DNA of 59,536 nt, filler included, from Dugesia japonica (lineage: Eukaryota): assembly GCA_001938525.1 (NCBI GenBank). It is 6 parts of 6 records of this genome, joined end to end, with 100 filler letters (N's around TTAATTAATTAA, not from the genome) between each part and the next. Parts side by side here need not be neighbours in the genome. Positions count along the whole stretch, not along the records: positions 47,946 to 59,536 come from MQRL01633404.1; 5 more parts are not named here. One strand, 5' to 3'. Both the position numbers and the translations under genes were made by a program. Positions 52,201-59,536 of the stretch are shown here, in pieces (the first letter of the stretch is position 1; the number at the start of each line of letters is the position of its first letter). The notes under the pieces were generated by a model. It did not search any database and was not told the DNA's origin. It worked only from the letters and a program-made list of their open reading frames with translations.

Positions 52201-52989
52201 AATCCAACGATTTTTCCCATATATATGTAGACCTTATGTCTTAATATCCTTAATATAGATAATTAATATCAGTATATAGGTATTGAAAAATAATTATTAC
52301 TTTNNNNNNNNNNNNNNNNNNNNNNNNNNNNNNNNNNNNNNNNNNNNNNNNNNNNNAAATTAATTACTAGGAGTTGCAACCCAAGTAGATTTTAACTCTC
52401 TTAAGTAATTTAAAATGAGGTGAAAATATTGAAAATGTGGTCTCTATTTATACTAGAGACCGTTAATAAATCATGTATAAATTAAATGATTATTTTACTA
52501 GAATCATACAGAATTATAAACATTTTCCATGCAAATATGAAAATTTTCATAAATAATTAAAACTTATATTTACATAAAAATAAAATCAAATCAATAAATT
52601 AAATCCAATAATAAGGATTTGATTGTTTATTATAAAATTCACAATTATTAAAAGAGTTCCAAATCAATAAATTGAATCTAATAATAAGGATTTCATTGTT
52701 TATAATTAATAGAGATTCGATTTAACGATAAAATAAAAATTTTGAATTATAATGATATAATAATTTGCACATTCAGAACAAACNNNNNNNNNNNNNNNNN
52801 NNNNNNNNNNNCAAAATTAAATCACAAAAATAAGTCTACTCAAAGTTAAGTCTACTTAAAATTATGAAATCAGATAAAGTTCGAATGATTGCGTTGATCT
52901 TCAGTTGTTGAATGAATTGATCAATTGATTGACGACTTGCTGGATGATTGAATTGTTCTTCAGTTGGTTAATGAATTTTGTTCTGATTG

Positions 52990-53180
52990 TTGTTGTTTTG
53001 ATATTTCCAGATGTATTCTGAGTATTTTGTTTGCTATGCTTGTTTATGTATGTGTGCATGTCTATTACTTTCCGCAACACATTGATGAAACCAGTAACTC
53101 CTTTGATTTATAGAATTGTATAAGTTCTTCTAAACTTTCTCCCAGCAAGACTCTTATCTTTTCCTCATGATAAGTAGACA
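52990..53180 (-). mobile_element. Possible second Merlin N-terminal fragment
   Basis: MSTYHEEKIRVLLGESLEELIQFYKSKELLVSSMCC resembles the Merlin I.F....LL...M.C start. Confidence 0.3.
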
Positions 53181-54592
53181 TATTGATTGCTATTTATAAT
53201 TACCGTCTGTTATAACAAATCATTTCTAGTCATTTTTAAATCACGTGTTCAAAAATATTAAGTTAATATTAAATTAAAATTACACTAAAAAATACATATT
53301 AAAAGTTTGATCATAAAATTAAAAAATAATTAAACAAAGTAAATTTATAAATATAAATTTAATTAAGCTCCAAAAGCTCGAAATAAAACATCGAATTGTA
53401 AAATTTAAATAAATGTAAATTACCGTCATTCATATTGTAAGTTCATGTGTCATAAAAAATGACACTAAAATTAAACATATTCATAAATTGACGGTAAAAT
53501 AATACATGTTAAAAGATTTACACTAAAAATACATAATAATGTTGGGGTGAAACACTTGAGAATGGAAAATAAGCCAGCGATTAGGTACACTTGAAATTTA
53601 AATGAATGTCACAAGAAAGAAAACGAAGAACACAGACAAAAGAAGGAGTTAAACCAGTTACCGAAAGGAATAATTGAAGAAAAAACCGAAATAAAAGAAC
53701 TAAATATGGGAAATGATCCGTAACCTAATGAGTTACAAAGGAAGAAAAGAAATGTTGGAAGATAAAAAACGGACTGAGAGAACAAAGAAAGGAAAATTAA
53801 TAACGGAAGAAAATAATTCATTAAATAAAAGAAAGTCAAAGAAAATAATCAACTTATAGAAAATAAATTAAATTAATTAATTAAATTAATTAGTAAAAGA
53901 AAACAGCAGAACTAAATTAATTTCGGATCAGAAAAAAACGAAATGAACATCGAATTAATATTTTGGAAGAAAATAAAATAAATAATTTATTTATTTAAAT
54001 AAAATAAATCGAACAAGCTAAAACAATTTAATTTTGAAAAAAAATTAAAAATTCTGTGAAATATGGAAAATAAAGGCAACTTCCCATGGCAGAAAATCAG
54101 CAGACAAGAAAATTATGATCCAGAAAAAATCGGAGATTTCAAAAATGCGAGTTAGAAAATCATAACGAGACTCAGAAAAAAGATACAAGGGTTTGAAGAT
54201 GGACTAATAATTTTGGAATCCTAAAATAACCCCCAATAAAATGAACTCATGTGATGTTCAAGCCAATAGAAATGTTGGGGTTCCACCTGAGTTTAGTTAC
54301 AAGAACAGACGGCTGGGGAAAAACAGCCCTCAGGGGACCCTTACAAGAATTTAACCCAAAGTCCCTAATTTAGGCTTTCGGTGTAGGGTGGTTGACCTCT
54401 TACTTTATGAGAGGTGTACGCCCGTACACCTTTAATTCGGGTTCCTCTATTTCCCGTAATAAAATTTAAAGAAGAGCTAATCGAAAAGTTCTATTGATAC
54501 AACATTTATATTTCTTCCAATGCACCAGGGTCTAACCACTGGTCTGTGTCGGTTACTAGAAAATTGAACGTGGCGACGTCGTCGTCTTCATT

Positions 54593-54913
54593 TTATTGTA
54601 TCCAAGTTGGGTTGCCTAGTTGGCGTGAAAGATCCGAAATATATTGCTTCAGGAAGTCTATCTTCCTTTGCAATAATTGTTTCGTCTCCTCCTCAAGGGC
54701 CTTGGTTTGGACAGCCAGTTCACTTTGTTTTTTAACTATAGTGTCCAACTTCTTTATCAGTCTATCTCGTTGGGCAAGGTGCTTAAGGAGCGCCCGGTTG
54801 GTTTTCTGTTTAAGGTGTCTTTCTACTAAGAGCCGACGCATTATCCTGTGACACCGTCGTATGCTATTAGGGAAGGTAATCTGAGGCACTAAAGAAAAGA
54901 ATATTAATGGCAT
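54593..54913 (-). CDS. Orphan coiled-coil ORF in inner element
   Basis: 106-aa open frame, GC above background, heptad-like LIKKLDTIVKKQSELAVQTKALEEETKQLLQ; start uncertain. Confidence 0.5.
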   Translation of the reverse strand: MPLIFFSLVPQITFPNSIRRCHRIMRRLLVERHLKQKTNRALLKHLAQRDRLIKKLDTIVKKQSELAVQTKALEEETKQLLQRKIDFLKQYISDLSRQLGNPTWIQ

Positions 54914-55003
54914 TCAAGGAATGATAATAATATTAATTATAGGTACAAGGGAAAATGATTTTAGAGTAAGATGAACATCAAAGAAAAATATATTAAACTG
55001 TAT

Positions 55004-55451
55004 TCAAACAAAGTCTAGGGACGAGAGGCCTGGATCCCTTTGTCCACCATAAGTNNNNNNNNNNNNNNNNNNNNNNNNNNNNNNNNNNNNNNNNNNNNNN
55101 NNNNTCCACCATAAGTGGAGTCAGTGGCATGACTTTTATTAACTTCATAATGTCGTCAACCAGTTTATTCTCTCGGTCATGGTTGGACCGGATAATGTCA
55201 GTCAGTGATTCTAACTGGGCTTTCCAAGCTCTCTCCTGCTGATGTTATGCCTCGGCTTCTGCTTTGAAAGCCAAGCACTTCTTTTTATAACGCCGAACCT
55301 TGGCCTCAGCGTTTGCGATATCAGCTTCCCAGCGACGCTTCGCTAACTTATACAGATCCCAAGTGATCTTGGTTTCGTTACTAGAACCTCTCATTTTCTT
55401 GGTTGGGACCGTAGCTCGATTTAATGATGAGTGCACTAGAATAGTATACAT
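55004..55451 (-). pseudogene. Orphan coiled-coil ORF in inner element (premature stop at 55245, N gap)
   Basis: Frame continues past TAA as HQQERAWKAQLESLTDIIRSNHDRENKLVDDIMKLI. Confidence 0.45.
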
Positions 55452-55614
55452 TTACTAAAGTTAATGATGTTAGAAAACACTCGAAACTTCTTTTATTTCT
55501 TAGTGAAAAACCGAAATCCTATTATTAATAAAAAAAAATTTATAACGAAAGGGTGAGTTATATTACTATTAAATAGAAACACACATTTATTGATAAATAT
55601 AAATGATAACTATA

Positions 55615-55971
55615 TTAAACACTAGGGGTTAGGGGAGGTGTCCGTAGCAGGAACCGTGTTTTCTGTGTCCTCCCCCCCACTGAGGGTTCCCTAACGCTCC
55701 AAAGCAAGTTATTGATAAACGCTAGCACCACCGGGGGAGGAACCGGAGCCTGATATTTGAAAAGAGTAGTGTGATTTCGCGTCGGCCCATTCCATTGTTG
55801 GTAATTCAACCTTTCCCCGAAGCTCTCAATATGAGCTACCGCAGCATCCACAGGAGGCAGATTAGTTCGTTCGACTAGTATACCAGCATCGCGGTTATAC
55901 GGGTTACGATGTCATCTAAAGATGATGCGGCGCGTTTGGCGATCGACTATTCGTTCCCAAATGGATTCCAT
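55615..55971 (-). pseudogene. Orphan ORF in inner element (one internal TGA)
   Basis: MESIWERIVDRQTRRIIFR*HRNPYN...VDAAVAHIESFGERLNYQQW...; GC-rich island between AT spacers. Confidence 0.5.
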
Positions 55972-56108
55972 TCCTATAGTTATAAAAGTTGGGTAAATAG
56001 AAAAAATAAGAAACAAAAAATATTCTCATATACATAAATACTGGTCGTCCCTTTCTCACTATAACTATGTTCACAAACAACAAAAAATTTATTTAATTCG
56101 ACAATAAA

Positions 56109-56303
56109 TTAATCGAACTCCTTTCCTGCATCCGGATCTACAATAACTGGCATGGGAGACATCTCGGCGAAACAGGCCAAATCGGTTTCGTCCGGATGCT
56201 CCACTATTCCCCGCGATAATATGTGAGCCAAGTTTTGCTTTAGGCGAGCGCCTTTCCTTTGCTTCCGAATTAAGAGGATGGTGGCCTTTAATTCCCTGTG
56301 CAT
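56109..56303 (-). CDS. Orphan short ORF in inner element
   Basis: 64 aa, GC-rich island, ATG just after a pyrimidine tract and AG. Confidence 0.45.
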   Translation of the reverse strand: MHRELKATILLIRKQRKGARLKQNLAHILSRGIVEHPDETDLACFAEMSPMPVIVDPDAGKEFD

Positions 56304-56639
56304 GACCTAAATAAGGAAATTAGTTAGACAGAGTTTATTTCGGTAAAAGGGCCATTCATTCGTTAACAAGGTGGAGTTGAACAGGATGGTGAACAACTTA
56401 ATAGCAATCTAATCAGATGGCTGGCACCATGGTCTAACCTTATCAAATAACACTAATATCTATTAGATTTATTGACTTATTAATCTATGACCCCTCTAAT
56501 AGGGAACATCAGGGAAGCAATACCGGCGATTATAACCACATGACAGTGATAAAGTTATTGACTTGTTGAAGGGCATAACTCAATATTCGTGAGCTTAATA
56601 ATACCAATAATAGCGACTATAATGGTGATCATCCCCCTA

Positions 56640-56960
56640 GTGGAAAATATTGATAATAACAATTTTAATAATTTCTATGATAATAGTAATGATAATACCA
56701 ATAGTAATCATATCAACAATAATCATAATAATAATGAAGATAATGATAAGCACGACTACAATAATAATAATAATGCCCATGATAATAATAACGCTAAAAT
56801 TTAATGTCGGTAATGATGATAATAGTAATAATATTAATAATGATAAATGTAATAATAATAGTAATATTAATGAGAACAATTAACAATAATGTTACTCATA
56901 ATAATTATAATATCAGGAATTATATTGATAACAGGATTTAATAATTATACTTAAATTATA
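56640..56960. repeat. AAT/GAT-rich low-complexity tract
   Basis: Degenerate trinucleotide run; Asn/Asp-rich if read on +. Confidence 0.8.
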
Positions 56961-59536
56961 ATCGCTGTTATGACAATACTAGCGATGATACTACTACTGA
57001 TGTCCCCATGATTAAGGATATTGTCAATATTAAGATTAGTCAGAACATCTATATCTATGGTGCCATCAGTCATTCTGATTCCACGGATAGGCAAAAAAAG
57101 ACAGTTGATCGTAAACCCCCAAAACAGGCTGAATTGTTATTTAATGTTGACTAGCACACACTAAGTCTGCAGATATGAGTCAGGCACATTCTCTGCCCTA
57201 GTCCGATAGTGTGTATTACAAATCGATAACAAAAATCCGATACTAGTGATGAACATTTTATTTCGTCATTTAATCGTGAATCAGTGGGATGAACATACTG
57301 AAATTTTCATGATGAGTAATTTTCTAGTTGGAGTAATGAGAAATAATCTTATAGAACTTAGAATCTATCTCATCCAACCGAGTTGGTTTGGCGATGAATT
57401 TTCAAATGCGCTTCAATTTCTTTTTTCAGAAATTGGCTATTAAATTCCGGCAAATTCATGGATATTTGGAAATTATTTGCTCAACTATCGACAATTTAGT
57501 TTAACCATTAATCATGAGAAACTATCTCCTCGTCTGGAGAAAATTTTCCTATTGGGTAGCCTGGAAATTTAGTGCAAATTGACAAAATGTTAGTCGACTG
57601 TTTTTTTCTAACTTTGGAAATTATGACATTCATTGGGGAACAGTCATCATGAATTATTTTACCCGAGTAGAACTGGTATGATAAATATGTTGTTTATCCT
57701 TTTCTACACTATGTAAATAGTATGTTAATAAAGAAATAATTGATACTTTTTTTGTTAATTTGAATATCAATAAAATATAACATGAACAGTGTATTATGAT
57801 ACCATTTATTATACAGTAATTAGAAATAAAAAAACGTGAACTTTACTTTATAAATAATTGCAAGGTTTTCCTTTCTCTCCAAGGGGTAGCGAAATGTGAT
57901 GTACTTGATTACGGTATAGAGTTGCTTCTAACGGAGTTCCAATTTTTTTTCAGATCGAGCACTTTCTTTCTATAGTCCCAAACGGATTCAATTAAATGAT
58001 ATTCTTTTAAAAAAACAAATCGTGATCTTACAGATAGTGAATAGATGTCTGAGTATTGATTTTCACAATATCTTCTTGATAATTTATATCCGCGAATATG
58101 CGACTAGTTTAATAAAACTGCTAAAATTTGGTTTTTTGAGATGAGATTCTCTAATTTTCTGGGGGTTTAAGTATCGTTTTTCACGACACCCCAACTTGTT
58201 CGACATTGGTCAGTTATTTTTATTTCCAGATTCTGCTACCTTATTGGTTCTGGTGCCAATTTTTTCATGTTTTTAGACATGTCATTGGTGCCTATTTTTA
58301 GAATGGCACATGGAAATGGTTCCTTTATGCTAATTTTATTTTTAGACATCCCATTGGTCTGTTTTTTGGACCTTATGGCAACCTTCCAGACGATGGTAAG
58401 GTTTTTTGATTATAAACTTTAGATGATCTACCCTTTATTCTTCTGGAATTTTCTTATCCCGAGCTCCTGTGATTTTCTAGAGCAAAGTTATTTGAAATAA
58501 ACGAATTTTTGGCTTAATTTTATTTATTTTTTGTCTACAATTAATTAATATTTTTTTGCAATTAAATATTTTTATTAATAATTTTTTTTCTTCTCGATAT
58601 TTTAATTTGTAATTTCTTTTAATTAGTTATATGGAAGGATGTTGATTTCTATTATCTAAGCTCCTGTGTGCCGCCCTTTTCTTATTTTATGGTAATTAAA
58701 GCTTCGTGACCCCGTTTGATCTTATTTCTTTTCCAACTGAGTGTTTCACCCCAACAGAAACATTAGAAAAATCGTACNATGTTAAGAAACCAATGAAAGG
58801 AACGAGGGTGTAAAGAAAAAACAGTATAAATACCCTTTCAATTTCAGACAAAAACTACTCTTAAAAAATTATGAAGATAAAATTTATACCCGAATCGAGT
58901 CCCGAACATAAATTTTAAATCAAAATTTTTACTCAAGCAAATTTCGGAGCGGAATTTATCTCAACAGGTATTACCCGTTTTAAAATTGATGTTTTGCAAC
59001 GATTTCCGACTTGATGAGTTACAGATGTTATGGGACCCAAAATAATTGACGACGTTATGCAGATGTGGATCCTAAGTTAATGATTAGGTGGTATCCAGTT
59101 GGTGGTAATGATAAATCAAATAATTCTTATGTGCTTGCTCCAGATCAAGATTACCGTCCACGTTAGTTTTTAGTTTATTGATGTCGTATTAATTTAATAT
59201 GTAATAAATATATTATTATGTATTAATAATAATATATCTTTCCATAACCAAATTTTCTTTTATTTAATATGGTTTTATTTTATTCTTTTGTTAAACTGAA
59301 ATCCTTGACTAATAGATATTAAATAGTCTAAAAATCAAGCGAGTATTGTGAAATATGAACCCAAACCAAAGGGATGCGAGTCTNTACTCGGATTCCGAGT
59401 CAACGGCTCCATTCCGAAGATCTGGATTCGGATAAAATTCTTCGAGGGGTTTTATTAGGCCGACTACCCTAGACTTGTCAACTCACCTAGATAAAACCCC
59501 AACAATATTAATAAAATTAAACATATTCAAAAAATA

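Larger units (their letters stand above)
54273..58756 (-). mobile_element. Inner 4.5-kb TG...CA element with cargo ORFs, inserted antisense in a relative
   Basis: TGTTGGGG...CCCCAACA termini with exact 4-bp TSD GAAA/GAAA; each end is homologous to the corresponding end of the outer element. Confidence 0.85.
53540..59504 (+). mobile_element. Outer TG...CA element (~1.5 kb once the inner insert is removed); solo-LTR-like or Ginger-like
   Basis: TGTTGGGGTGAAACAC... and ...AAAACCCCAACA; imperfect 4-bp TSD ATAA/ATAT; flanking local repeat (TAAAATTAAACATATTCA) on both sides; CCAAT and TATAAATA near 58790-58831. Confidence 0.7.

Noticed and set aside
52439-52461. Hairpin GGTCTCTA-N7-TAGAGACC as the Merlin terminus
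   Set aside because: No matching sequence found at the other side of the transposase
56637-56883. Ile-rich membrane-protein ORFs on both strands
   Set aside because: Artefacts of the AAT low-complexity tract
53540-58756. Single TIR transposon defined by the perfect 17-bp inverted match TGTTGGGGTGAAACACT
   Set aside because: Flanks ATAA/GAAA do not match; TSDs instead support two nested elements (54273-58756 inside 53540-59504)

Overview
Very AT-rich eukaryotic (animal-like) genomic DNA with 43-47 bp spliceosomal introns. It is not one locus: five identical 100-bp artificial spacers (44N-TTAATTAATTAA-44N) join six unrelated contigs. Only two intact host genes are recognisable, both on the minus strand: YJU2B/CCDC130 (~41742-42554) and YPEL5/Yippee (49918-50351). 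The rest is decayed mobile DNA. This includes two unrelated Polinton/Maverick endogenous viruses (9379-18339: pPolB, adenain protease, penton, fibre-like and core-like genes; ~35690-38520: major capsid, penton). It also includes mariner, piggyBac, Merlin, Penelope, Helitron, hAT, a pogo-type MITE and a Ty3/Gypsy remnant interrupted by a long-TIR element. Three things stand out. (1) A GC-rich 16-bp hairpin motif is scattered in sense orientation, in more than one reading frame, through the genes of Maverick 1. (2) Two related TGTTGGGG...CCCCAACA elements with 4-bp TSDs are nested in opposite orientation. The inner 4.5-kb one has no integrase or RT but carries an operon-like cassette of short orphan ORFs. 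(3) A modular repeat flanked by long inverted arms has captured a vigilin KH-domain fragment and a 7SL RNA 5' fragment. All calls come from reading the sequence by eye; no searches were run.
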